NCBI GenBank assembly: GCA_963775935.1
Contig: CAVZKR010000002.1
Span: 159,687-223,686 of the forward strand
From: an uncultured Chloroflexia bacterium
GTDB lineage: Bacteria; Chloroflexota; Dehalococcoidia; GIF9; UBA5629
Length of the DNA stretch: 64,000 nt
Direction: 5' to 3'
Shown here: positions 56,501-64,000 of the stretch, piece by piece
Layout: every line of letters starts with the position of its first letter
Numbering within the stretch: position 1 is the first letter of the stretch
Notes under the pieces: model-generated
Databases searched by the model: none
What the model saw: only the letters and a program-made list of their open reading frames with translations
Told to the model about the DNA's origin: nothing
Program-made: the position numbers and the translations under genes

Positions 56501-57380
56501 GGGTCCCAAACTGACCCTCGATGACGGCGCCATCATTGGCTGCGATCCAGCCACTGGCCGAAACCAGGAAGTGAACTTCCGCTGGGAGCAGCTCTGCATC
56601 GCCACACTGTACCAGTTGCAGATAGCCAAGGATAAGGCATTCACGCTGGGCGTGTACGATAGCTCTGCTCCAGTATGCTCTTCCTCAGGTCCCTTTGGCG
56701 TATTACCAGTCGACGTTACCTCGCCGGCTCTGGTGTACTTCACCGGTGGTGGCGGCACCATGCCTGACACTTCCGATGCAGCGGGCACCGCCCGACGCTC
56801 GGAAGGCTGGCAGCCTTCAGTACCCGCATTAGAGTGCGGACATCTCTACTACTGGAGAGTGAGAGTCCTCGATGAGGTCACGCTTGATGCGGTCATCAGC
56901 CCATGGTCTGACGTGAGGAACTTCACCATCAAAGCTGGATTCCGCGTTACCACTCCGTACTACGGACCGCAGCTTTTGTCACCGGACAATGGCTGTGCCT
57001 GCCCGTGCGACACACCGATAGCTTTCTCATGGTCGCCGTTCAAGGAGACCACAGCATACAAGATACAGATATCTGCCAATGCTGACATGAGTGCTCCATT
57101 GGAAGAGGATTCCAATGTCATCTCCACGGCGTACATGGCGAAGAAAGCGAAGTTCGATTGTGGCAAACAGTACTTCTGGCGCGTACAGGCTGTGAAGCCG
57201 GCACCGTCAGAGTGGAGTGCGTCATTCGCCTTCTCCATCCAGCCGAGACCGGCGGCACCTCCGACAGCTCCTGAACCCAAAGAACCGACAACTCCGTTAT
57301 GGGTTTGGATAGTGATAGCCATTGGTGCCATTCTGGTGATTGTGACTCTGGTCCTCATTATGAAGACCCGCAGAGCCTAA
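53571..57380 (+). CDS. very large secreted, C-terminally anchored BNR/Asp-box beta-propeller protein with FN3-like domains (S-layer/surface protein candidate)
   Basis: 1269 aa. Signal peptide MKVKYSSFLGILVALMLVASFVVPA. Asp-boxes SNDGGRSW, SMDGGSNW, TRNNGETW. YYWRVRV and YFWRVQA FN3-like modules. C-terminal TM helix plus KTRRA. Confidence 0.8.
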   Translation: MKVKYSSFLGILVALMLVASFVVPARLMSPEPVSAASEQSKMQWWTVDTPDNELGQTKNLYSPIWPTAAGTESGSELIKLLVGSNGTTMYVIYARTAVGTTALGPPPVSSLDDALFARVRFMKSNDGGRSWSGANYNNLVRDWLNPTTFSPGQYPKVCIWDMVIAPDNPNVVAVAASYVGNPVIAGEGINIHRVFISMDGGSNWENTQWAPAAPAPLPDTYISAMDISMDYGARSILVGCRRGVVTADNNMLWTMKMPGYGGWNAQNTDNGTPASINPFDGDIIAAKFSPTFNGDSTIVVIYANAVGTYMVTGVADIAKNTTTWQPAGTHVEIMRPTDSPNFSPNINEIITAMIQLPSDFSGQSASLRRVYVSTDSIGANGAVARGVFRIDDNIVYCLMDNTNTFYVAGVTTSRRAASIAYWGTYASGKLLVGERLGQACRAQVPVWFTDSPTTCPVPCWYPAKKPPTGAAGQTDCTSSTNYYGNAYVVWSPTFAAQGVAYATTGASSYDGAFLAYASPQTPAINWPAAIFNIRFLDESAFSLTRNNGETWNQLSLIDTRINKLTDVAPSPDCTTVYLASVNNGTYCQGFDSVWRSSTNEKVVAPPLPALPIGQVWERVYTHVTALTCTDVPQSNYAILRLAPDKLDGQVVGWAAGGTSGLSAIGGFGVGANTKAMAWSPDFGDYWADQNPRIPVQDFAFETSTILYVLSLDGNMQKMPYTGTAWSSTIQTVGTATAGGHTIEAMAPDKVLVGNAQTGASPNPASLSTNGGTSFVPMVRPMPNAATVGYHAIFDTDFVKNATIYVANDKTGYGLVYRNTAPAGSNVDWTDMMTNMCFIGYAGPHEAYFGLIQTNSLNATGQGTLYAAHDWQSQGGWSGVERTLTPLAGIPKPGLEWVCLDAAASPYQAQNVQFTLEPKSLKFCGCLTADTYTTLYAIDNDYYSDVHNVGKTTAWAGYNKGVRTIGLLWEYTDCVAKKGPKLTLDDGAIIGCDPATGRNQEVNFRWEQLCIATLYQLQIAKDKAFTLGVYDSSAPVCSSSGPFGVLPVDVTSPALVYFTGGGGTMPDTSDAAGTARRSEGWQPSVPALECGHLYYWRVRVLDEVTLDAVISPWSDVRNFTIKAGFRVTTPYYGPQLLSPDNGCACPCDTPIAFSWSPFKETTAYKIQISANADMSAPLEEDSNVISTAYMAKKAKFDCGKQYFWRVQAVKPAPSEWSASFAFSIQPRPAAPPTAPEPKEPTTPLWVWIVIAIGAILVIVTLVLIMKTRRA

Positions 57381-57402
57381 AATACACCAGTACTTGAATA
57401 GT

Positions 57403-57437
57403 AAGGGGGTAGCCAAAAGCTACCCCCTTATTTTTTA
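57403..57437 (+). terminator. rho-independent terminator
   Basis: AAGGGGGTAGC-CAAAA-GCTACCCCCTT followed by ATTTTTT. Confidence 0.8.
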
Positions 57438-57442
57438 CCCTC

Positions 57443-57563
57443 TGTCATTGCGATGGGTTAGCCTTATGTCAGAACAATGTAGTGGCCGACCTGAAGGTAC
57501 GCCCCTACAATCACGTGTCATTGCGAGGAGTCCGCCTACGGTCAGACGACGAAGCAATCTCTC
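57443..57563. repeat. REP/MITE-like: degenerate boxA (57443-57455) and a boxA-boxB arm (57517-57563) upstream of the GIY-YIG gene
   Basis: TGTCATTGCGATGG ... GTCATTGCGAGGAGTCCGCCTACGGTCAGACGACGAAGCAATCTCTC. Confidence 0.8.
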
Positions 57564-57615
57564 TACATATCCCTATACAAAGCATGCATGATGCTGCTAC
57601 CATGTAATAACACAC

Positions 57616-57903
57616 ATGAATAAGCAATATTACGTATATATTATGACCAATAAGATAAACACGGTTCTTTATACTGGAGTGACTAATGATGTACAGAGGA
57701 GAGTAGTAGAGCATAAAGAAGGATTAGGAGGGGGATTCAGCAAACGCTATCAGACCAATAAGCTTATCTACTATGAGATGACTAGTAGCATCGAAAGTGC
57801 TATTGCAAGGGAGAAGCAGATTAAAGGTGGTTCGAGGCAGAAGAAGGTAGATTTAATCAATAGTGTTAATAAGGAATGGCGTGATTTATTTTTGGATTGG
57901 TAA
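57616..57903 (+). CDS. GIY-YIG nuclease family protein (small stand-alone, COG2827/UPF0213-like)
   Basis: YYVYIMTNKINTVLYTGVTNDVQRRVVEHK ... AIAREKQIKGGSRQKK, showing the GIY, YIG, Arg and Glu catalytic signature. 95 aa. Confidence 0.85.
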   Translation: MNKQYYVYIMTNKINTVLYTGVTNDVQRRVVEHKEGLGGGFSKRYQTNKLIYYEMTSSIESAIAREKQIKGGSRQKKVDLINSVNKEWRDLFLDW

Positions 57904-57925
57904 AAGGATACTGAAACGAGTGCGC

Positions 57926-58061
57926 AGAGATTGCTTCGTCGCGGAGTTTATACTGAACGAAGTGAATGTGCTCCTCGCAATGACATGGGGAGGCGTTTCT
58001 CGCAATGACGGGAAGGAGAGGGTTCCTTGCAATGAAAGGGGGAGACATTCCTCGCAATGAC
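57926..58061. repeat. REP/MITE-like: boxB'-boxA' arm (57926-57984) followed by three more boxA' units at ~26-27-bp spacing
   Basis: AGAGATTGCTTCGTC...CTCCTCGCAATGAC, then TTCTCGCAATGAC, CCTTGCAATGAA and TCCTCGCAATGAC. Confidence 0.85.
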
Positions 58062-58130
58062 GGGGAAAAGGCTGGATGCCAGTTGACATCATTTGCGGGC
58101 GTCTTTATACTTTTGAGAAGAGGTGTAACT

Positions 58131-59399
58131 ATGAATAAAAATAAAGCACTATTGAGTCTTTTTATTTTGATACTTACTATTATCGCTGTCACCGCGTCGA
58201 GCTGTATCACCATCGTGGAAAAGAGCAACCCCAGCGATAAGCCGGGCATTTCGGTGCCACCGACAGGGCTATCAGGTTCCGGGGCGCCGGTGATTAAATC
58301 CTTTGTTGCCGGTCAGACTTCGGTCAATGCTGGTCAGCAGGTTCAGTTGACCTGGGAAGTATCAGGGAGTCAGAAGGTGGAAATCAGTCCGATTGTGGGG
58401 ACGGTGGATGCCGTAAGCGCCGCCCTGGTATCACCCACGGCGACCACGACATATACGTTGACCGCTACCAATGCTGCCGGCACCACTGTTGCCAATGTCA
58501 CCATCGCAGTTGCTGCGGGAGCCGCCAGCAGGGCGGAGCTGGCCATCACCGACATTCAGCTTGTTACCAGAGACGTATACTATAAGACAAAGAATTCGGG
58601 TGGTGCTGAGTCCAAAGGGTGCCGCGCTAACCTGTATGTCAACGGCATTAAGCAGGCTGATGACTATATCGAGATATTGTCGCCGGGGCAGGAGAGATTA
58701 AGTAATTTCTCCAACTATTCTTTCCCTTATCTGGTCGGTAGTCTTCCTGAGACTCAATTTTTTGAATTGCTGCGGCAGTTCACCATAAAGGTATGCGCTG
58801 ACGTGGAAAATGTGGTCGTGGAAAGCGACGAGAGCAATAACTGCAAGTCGGTTATCTGGGGACAGAAGTTTGTCTACAACTTCCTCAATTTCTCCCATCA
58901 GGCGCTGTGGACTACCGGCTACGGCGTGTTAAAACTGCCCTTGCCCGAGGATAGCTCCACCGGGTCGGCTCGGGTAGAATATCAAACGCTCGAGGATAAT
59001 CTGGGCTACGGGGCAGCGCTGCTCACGGTTCCCCAGCAGGTGAACGACGGCTGGATACAGGGACAGTATGGTGAGTTCTATACCGATGAGCTGCGCCAGA
59101 CCCGCGTCCGTGAGATTACCATCCCGGATATGGCGATATTCAGCGCCAAAGTGGGGTTCTCTTCCGGCACTCCTCCAGGCAGCCAGGCCAGATTCATGTT
59201 CGGCACTGTTGACCAGAGCGGACGTGCCACTTTCGCTCCGGCGATCACAGCAAGCATGGATGGCAAACTGCAGGCATACGAGTGGGATTTAAGCAGTGTG
59301 GCGGGACAGAAGCGCATGTTCGTTCTGAGGGTTGAGGTTATCGGGTCTACGGCAAAAGTGAGGCCAGTTTGGGTGGACCCCCAGATATCACAGCCATAG
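58131..59399 (+). CDS. lipoprotein with Ig-like and CARDB domains
   Basis: The start MNKNKALLSLFILILTIIAVTASSC has a lipobox-like Cys. CARDB-like ELAITDIQL...KNSGGAES...ESDESNNC. The first 42 codons of the track ORF (58005) are repeat translation. Confidence 0.75.
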   Translation: MNKNKALLSLFILILTIIAVTASSCITIVEKSNPSDKPGISVPPTGLSGSGAPVIKSFVAGQTSVNAGQQVQLTWEVSGSQKVEISPIVGTVDAVSAALVSPTATTTYTLTATNAAGTTVANVTIAVAAGAASRAELAITDIQLVTRDVYYKTKNSGGAESKGCRANLYVNGIKQADDYIEILSPGQERLSNFSNYSFPYLVGSLPETQFFELLRQFTIKVCADVENVVVESDESNNCKSVIWGQKFVYNFLNFSHQALWTTGYGVLKLPLPEDSSTGSARVEYQTLEDNLGYGAALLTVPQQVNDGWIQGQYGEFYTDELRQTRVREITIPDMAIFSAKVGFSSGTPPGSQARFMFGTVDQSGRATFAPAITASMDGKLQAYEWDLSSVAGQKRMFVLRVEVIGSTAKVRPVWVDPQISQP

Positions 59400-59431
59400 G
59401 ATTTATTCCTGTCATTACTGTTCTTTACTCT

Positions 59432-59523
59432 GTCATTGCGAGCCGAAGCGAAGCAATCTCTCTGCCTACATGTCAAGGAGAGATTGCTTCGTCGTCCACC
59501 CCAGGTGGACTCCTCGCAATGAC
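59432..59523. repeat. REP/MITE-like element, full copy (plus degenerate boxA at 59411)
   Basis: GTCATTGCGAGCCGAAGCGAAGCAATCTCTC ... GAGAGATTGCTTCGTCGTCCACCCCAGGTGGACTCCTCGCAATGAC. Confidence 0.85.
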
Positions 59524-59816
59524 AAAATGGATGAGTGGTTGTAAAACTTGACAAGCTGCAGGCTGCTACTTATAATAAAAGAAAACTACTTTCCCCTGCT
59601 TTTAATTTGTTAGTCCTTTATTTATTTTCCCATAATAGTATGTTTTCAGGTATTGTGGTGTAGGTATAATTGTACTGTGGGAATACAACATACCACCACT
59701 GTCATCAGGTATATGTATCTTTCCGTTTACTCTAGTCGTAAATCGTTGTGATATGCAGGATTTTAAACCTCTGTATAAACGAAATGCGAGTTTCCACCGT
59801 ATAACTAGAGAAGCCG

Positions 59817-61448
59817 ATGAGTAAGTATATTTTTGTTACCGGTGGCGTTGTCAGTTCAGTAGGCAAAGGCATCAGCGTTGCTTCTATGGGACGGGTGTTG
59901 AAGAGCCGTGATGTTACGGTTTCTGTTCAGAAGCTGGACCCCTACCTGAACGTTGACCCAGGCACGATGTCTCCTTATCAGCATGGCGAGGTGTTTGTCA
60001 CTGACGATGGCGCCGAGACGGACCTTGATTTGGGACATTATGAACGGTTCATTGATGTTGACTTAACTCATGCTTCTAATGTCACCTCCGGTCAGATTTA
60101 TTCTGCGGTGATCGCCGGTGAACGGCGAGGCGATTTTCTCGGCGGCACCATCCAGGTGGTGCCCCATGTGACCAATGAGATTAAACGGAAAATCAGAGAA
60201 GTTTCCCGCCTCTCACAGGCTCAGGTGGTCATTGTGGAGGTTGGCGGTACGGTGGGTGATATTGAAGGGCAGCCGTTTCTGGAAGCTATTCGCCAGATGC
60301 GGAATGAAGAGGGCAGGGATAATACCCTGTATATCCATGTAACCTACTTGCCTCATATTTCCACGACCAACGAACTCAAAACCAAGCCCACACAGCACAG
60401 TGTGAATGAGCTGCGGCGCATCGGTATCCAGCCGGATATCATTCTTTGCCGTGCCGATTTTCCCATCTCGGAAAGTATCAAGGAAAAGATATCGCTGTTC
60501 TGCAGTGTGGATAGAAATGCGGTCATCCCGCTGGTTACTGCGGAAACGATTTATGAAGTACCGCTGATGATGGAAGATACCGGTCTGACTGATTTGATAG
60601 TGGAGCGCTTGAAGCTGGGGGGAGAAGCAGCTGACCTTACCGAGTGGCGTCAGATGGTAGTGAAGCTGAAGGCTCCCAGAGAGCCGGTGACCATAGCCCT
60701 GGTAGGCAAATACGTGGAGCTTCAAGATGCCTATTACTCGGTGCGGGAGGCGCTTGGGCATGCCGGACTGTACCATAACCGTCAGATAAACATGCAATGG
60801 GTGCATTCCGAGGGTCTGGAATGTGCCAGCGGCGGTGAGAACCTGCTGCGAACAGCCCAGGGCATCATTGTGCCCGGTGGCTTTGGCTATCGGGGTATTG
60901 AAGGTATGATTGCAGCGGCGCGCTATGCCCGGCAGAATCATATCCCCTATCTCGGCTTATGCCTGGGTATGCAGGTTATGGTAATTGAGTTTGGGCGCTA
61001 TGCTTTGGGGAGTAAGCTGGCGAATTCCACCGAGTTCGACCCGGAGACACCGTATCCAGTGATTGACTTACTCCCGGATCAGATCAAGATAAGCAATATG
61101 GGTGGCACGATGAGGCTTGGGGCGTATCCCTGCCGGCTGGTTCTCGGTACCCATGCGGCGGCGGCGTATGCTCAGGAGGTAGTCCATGAACGCCATCGCC
61201 ATCGTTTTGAGTTCAATAATCACTTTCGCGAACAGTTTGCCCAGAAGGGTATGGTTGCCAGCGGCGTATCTCTTGATAACAGGCTGGTGGAGATTACCGA
61301 GTTGAAAGACCATCCCTGGATGGTGGCATGCCAGTTTCATGCCGAGTTTAAGTCACGTCCCAACCGCCCCCATCCTCTGTTTGTGAAATTTATCGAGGCG
61401 GCGCAAGAGACGCTGGTTGAAGGCGCCCAGGTGACCATGCCGCTTTGA
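59817..61448 (+). CDS. pyrG: CTP synthase
   Basis: MSKYIFVTGGVVSSVGKG N-terminus and the GLCLGMQ glutaminase Cys motif. 543 aa. Confidence 0.95.
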   Translation: MSKYIFVTGGVVSSVGKGISVASMGRVLKSRDVTVSVQKLDPYLNVDPGTMSPYQHGEVFVTDDGAETDLDLGHYERFIDVDLTHASNVTSGQIYSAVIAGERRGDFLGGTIQVVPHVTNEIKRKIREVSRLSQAQVVIVEVGGTVGDIEGQPFLEAIRQMRNEEGRDNTLYIHVTYLPHISTTNELKTKPTQHSVNELRRIGIQPDIILCRADFPISESIKEKISLFCSVDRNAVIPLVTAETIYEVPLMMEDTGLTDLIVERLKLGGEAADLTEWRQMVVKLKAPREPVTIALVGKYVELQDAYYSVREALGHAGLYHNRQINMQWVHSEGLECASGGENLLRTAQGIIVPGGFGYRGIEGMIAAARYARQNHIPYLGLCLGMQVMVIEFGRYALGSKLANSTEFDPETPYPVIDLLPDQIKISNMGGTMRLGAYPCRLVLGTHAAAAYAQEVVHERHRHRFEFNNHFREQFAQKGMVASGVSLDNRLVEITELKDHPWMVACQFHAEFKSRPNRPHPLFVKFIEAAQETLVEGAQVTMPL

Positions 61449-61480
61449 ATGAGAGACTATAAAAAAGCTGAGGTGAGACT

Positions 61481-62146
61481 ATGCGTTTGTTCTTAGATAC
61501 GGCGAATATCGAGCATATCGGTCATGGAGTAAGGCTCGGAGTAATTAGCGGTGTTACCACCAATCCCAGCCTGGTGTCCAAGGAAGGCAAAGTTGACTAT
61601 AAACAGCTTGTCCAGAAAATCTGCGCTATCGTCCCCGGCCCGGTATCGACCGAGGTGCTGAGCACTGGTGTCGACGGTATGATTGCCGAGGCGAGGAGGA
61701 TTGCCAAATGGGCAACGAACGTGGTGGTAAAAATACCTGCCAGTATCCAGGGAATCGAAGCTACCCACCAGCTATCGAAAGAGGGCATTAAGGTAAACCT
61801 TACCCTGTGTTTTTCGGTGAATCAGGCGTTATTGGGAGCTTCGGCAGGAGCTGCCTATGTCAGTCCTTTTGTGGGCAGGCTCGATGACATCGGCGAGAAC
61901 GGTATGAGGCTGATACAGGAAATCGTGGCGGTATTCAAAACCTACCCTGCTGTTACCACGGAGGTTATCGCTGCCAGCATTCGCCATCCTAAGCACTGCG
62001 TGGAGGCGGCTCAGGCGGGTGCGCCCATCGCTACTATTCCCTATCAGATACTGCTCCAGATGGCGAAACATCCTTTGACCGATATCGGCATCAGCCGTTT
62101 TCAGGAGGACTGGCGCAAGGTGATGGGGGAAGCGAAGATTGAGTAG
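61481..62146 (+). CDS. transaldolase / fructose-6-phosphate aldolase family (short TalC/Fsa type)
   Basis: [13 protein letters not shown]...GVTTNPSL...VKIP (Schiff-base Lys context). 221 aa. Confidence 0.85.
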   Translation: MRLFLDTANIEHIGHGVRLGVISGVTTNPSLVSKEGKVDYKQLVQKICAIVPGPVSTEVLSTGVDGMIAEARRIAKWATNVVVKIPASIQGIEATHQLSKEGIKVNLTLCFSVNQALLGASAGAAYVSPFVGRLDDIGENGMRLIQEIVAVFKTYPAVTTEVIAASIRHPKHCVEAAQAGAPIATIPYQILLQMAKHPLTDIGISRFQEDWRKVMGEAKIE

Positions 62147-62159
62147 CATTTTTATGCCT

Positions 62160-62242
62160 GTCATTGCGAGGAACTGTAGTGACGAAGCAATCTCTGCGTT
62201 TATAGATAGACAGAGAGATTGCTTCGCTGCGCTCGCAATGAC
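62160..62242. repeat. REP/MITE-like element, full copy
   Basis: GTCATTGCGAGGAACTGTAGTGACGAAGCAATCTCT ... AGAGATTGCTTCGCTGCGCTCGCAATGAC. Confidence 0.85.
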
Positions 62243-62275
62243 ATGGGAACATGTATCGCGATGATAGGAGGGACT

Positions 62276-63568
62276 ATGACAATGAACACGAACGTAAACT
62301 TAACTATGACAGAGATGGAGGAAAAGACCCGCGAAGAGCTTATTGAGCTCGCCAAGCAGCTGGGCATCGAGGATTGCAAGAACCTGAAGAAGGCGGAGAT
62401 TATCGAACGCCTGATGCAGGCGCAGGCAGAGCAGCAGGGTTTGATGTACCTCAGCGGTATACTGGATATTATGGATGACGGCTATGGTTTTCTCCGTCAG
62501 GACACACTGTTGCCCGGAGCTGATGATGTCTATATCTCCAATTCTCAGATACGTCGCTTCAGCTTGCGCAATGGGGATTCGGTAAGCGGGCAGGCACGAC
62601 CGCCGAAGGAAGGTGAGAAATACTACAGCCTGCTGAGAGTGGAGACGGTCAATGCTCAGGATCCAGAACAAACCAGGAGCCGCAGACATTTCGGCTCTCT
62701 CACTCCTACCTTCCCGGACAAGATGTTTGACCTGGAGACTGACCAGCGTAATTTATCGACACGGTTAATCAATATGGTATCGCCTATCGGCAGAGGGCAG
62801 CGTGGTCTTATCGTATCACCGCCGAAGGCAGGTAAGACCATGCTGTTGAAGAGCATTGCCAACGCTATTGTCACCAACTATAAAGATACCCATGTCATTG
62901 TCTGTCTCATCGGTGAAAGGCCTGAAGAGGTGACCGATATGAAACGCTCGGTAGCTGCTGAGGTGATTGCAGCGACATTTGATGTGCCCGTGGAGCATCA
63001 TACCCGTGTTGCTGAGCTGGCGCTGGAGCGCGCCAAGCGCCTGGTGGAGGGGGGCAAAGATGTCGTTATCTTGCTCGATGGTATTACCAGGCTGACACGT
63101 TCCTATAACCTGGCAATGCCGCCCAGCGGGCGAACACTGTCGGGTGGTATAGATTCGGTAGCCCTCTACCCGCCGAAGCGGTTTTTTGGTGCTGCCAGGA
63201 ATATAGAGGAGGGTGGTAGCCTCACCATCATTGCCACCTGCCTGGTCGATACCGGCAGCCGCATGGACGAGCTCATTTATGAAGAGTTCAAGGGGACAGG
63301 TAACATGGAATTGCATCTCGAACGCCGTTTGGCTGAGAAGAGGATATTCCCTGCAATCGATATAGTGAAGAGCGGCACTCGCCGTGAGGAGCTGCTGCTC
63401 GACGAGGCAACGCTGAAGCAGGTGTACGTGATGCGGCGTATCGTCAGCATGCTGTCTGAGGATTCGCCGAATGGCACGAACGCTACTGAGAGGCTTCTCG
63501 ACCGTCTTGTCAAGACACAGAACAATGCTGAGTTCCTGTCTACTTTATCGAAGGATGTACAGTCGTAA
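62276..63568 (+). CDS. rho: transcription termination factor Rho
   Basis: N-terminal [12 protein letters not shown] domain, the RNA-binding GFLR motif, Walker A PPKAGKT, and the Q- and R-loop regions. The ATG at 62276 is preceded by TAGGAGGG. The track start at 62219 lies inside the repeat. Confidence 0.9.
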   Translation: MTMNTNVNLTMTEMEEKTREELIELAKQLGIEDCKNLKKAEIIERLMQAQAEQQGLMYLSGILDIMDDGYGFLRQDTLLPGADDVYISNSQIRRFSLRNGDSVSGQARPPKEGEKYYSLLRVETVNAQDPEQTRSRRHFGSLTPTFPDKMFDLETDQRNLSTRLINMVSPIGRGQRGLIVSPPKAGKTMLLKSIANAIVTNYKDTHVIVCLIGERPEEVTDMKRSVAAEVIAATFDVPVEHHTRVAELALERAKRLVEGGKDVVILLDGITRLTRSYNLAMPPSGRTLSGGIDSVALYPPKRFFGAARNIEEGGSLTIIATCLVDTGSRMDELIYEEFKGTGNMELHLERRLAEKRIFPAIDIVKSGTRREELLLDEATLKQVYVMRRIVSMLSEDSPNGTNATERLLDRLVKTQNNAEFLSTLSKDVQS

Positions 63569-63650
63569 AGCTTCAGGGGTGGTATCACTACTCTAATAAT
63601 TTTATCTGGTTTGTGATATGATAACTTCCAACAGTATGATGGAGGCACGA

Positions 63651-64000
63651 ATGAAAGTAAAAGCTTCAGTGCTGGTATTGCTGCTATCACTGGTAGTCCT
63701 GATATCTCCAAAACCAGTTACTGCTGCCGGCCTTACTCTTAATCCGGTACAGGGAATAGTCGGCTCGGAAGTCGCTGTCATTAATATCGCGGCTTATGGA
63801 AGCGGCGAGTACCAGGTGTACTGGGGGGATGCCAGGCAGCTTATTGGGCAGGGCAGCACTGCGGGAATTTCGACTATCAGCTTTCTCGTCCCGGAATCTG
63901 CCAGGGGCAAACAGAAAGTTATGTTGAAGTTGGGAGCGAATGTCTATGACGGTGAATACATTGTGCTCCCCTCAATTAAGGTGAGCGCCAAGGAAGGGTA
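63651..64000 (+). CDS. secreted IPT/TIG-like surface protein, 5' part (runs off window end); paralogue of 51924..53108
   Basis: Own translation MKVKASVLVLLLSLVVLISPKPVTAAGLTLNPVQGIVGSEVAVINIAAYGSGEYQVYWGD... GGAGG lies 6 nt upstream of the ATG. Confidence 0.7.
   Translation, partial: MKVKASVLVLLLSLVVLISPKPVTAAGLTLNPVQGIVGSEVAVINIAAYGSGEYQVYWGDARQLIGQGSTAGISTISFLVPESARGKQKVMLKLGANVYDGEYIVLPSIKVSAKEG

Noticed and set aside
57973-58061. Possible CRISPR array (regularly spaced 12-13-bp boxes at 23-27-bp period)
   Set aside because: The repeats are too short, the spacers are only ~13 nt and G-rich, there are only 3-4 units, and no cas genes are present. The boxes are the boxA unit of the REP-like family.

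Overview
64-kb chromosomal segment from an anaerobe, roughly mid-GC with several visibly AT-rich islets. Gene content and the repeat family suggest Chloroflexota/Dehalococcoidia-type metagenome genomes, but I cannot verify taxonomy. 1-14.5 kb is housekeeping: purF 5' end, tlyA fusion, serA plus class-V aminotransferase, ribF, DAHP synthase plus AroH chorismate mutase, a CBS protein, meaB, an FAD oxidoreductase. One AT-rich two-gene islet sits next to a tRNA 3' fragment. 14.5-18.2 kb holds two MFS transporter genes flanking an IS630-family element. 18.6-26.4 kb holds a TRAP transporter (dctQ frame-broken), mobB, a cytoplasmic Mo/W-bisPGD oxidoreductase, two tandem ferredoxin paralogues and moeA. 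26.6-31.6 kb is miscellaneous and AT-rich: cupin-like ORF, membrane zinc-ribbon ORF, XRE remnant, SDR, PrsW protease, Cys-type dienelactone-hydrolase-like enzyme. 31.9-42 kb looks like a complete anaerobic trihydroxybenzene (pyrogallol to phloroglucinol to acetoacetate/acetyl-CoA) cluster plus a tungsten-type aldehyde:ferredoxin oxidoreductase. 42.1-51.5 kb is a phage-derived head/connector/hub module on the minus strand with no terminase large subunit, integrase, tail tube or lysis genes, and with at least three frame disruptions. 51.8-59.4 kb and 63.65 kb onward encode paralogous secreted or anchored surface proteins (IPT/TIG, BNR/Asp-box, CARDB). These are followed by pyrG, a transaldolase/FSA-type gene and rho. 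The most unusual signal is an ~85-bp palindromic REP/MITE-like repeat family: 11 loci, 10 of them between 44.4 and 62.3 kb. It fills nearly every intercistronic gap of the phage-like operon. In one locus its two arms bracket a GIY-YIG nuclease gene exactly where the short copies have their loop. Caveat: at one place (about 45416 and 45497) my base-by-base reading of homopolymer runs disagreed with the supplied ORF track by compensating +/-1 nt. Hand-derived coordinates are therefore +/-2 nt, and single-base explanations of frameshifts are tentative. The frame breaks themselves are supported by the ORF track.
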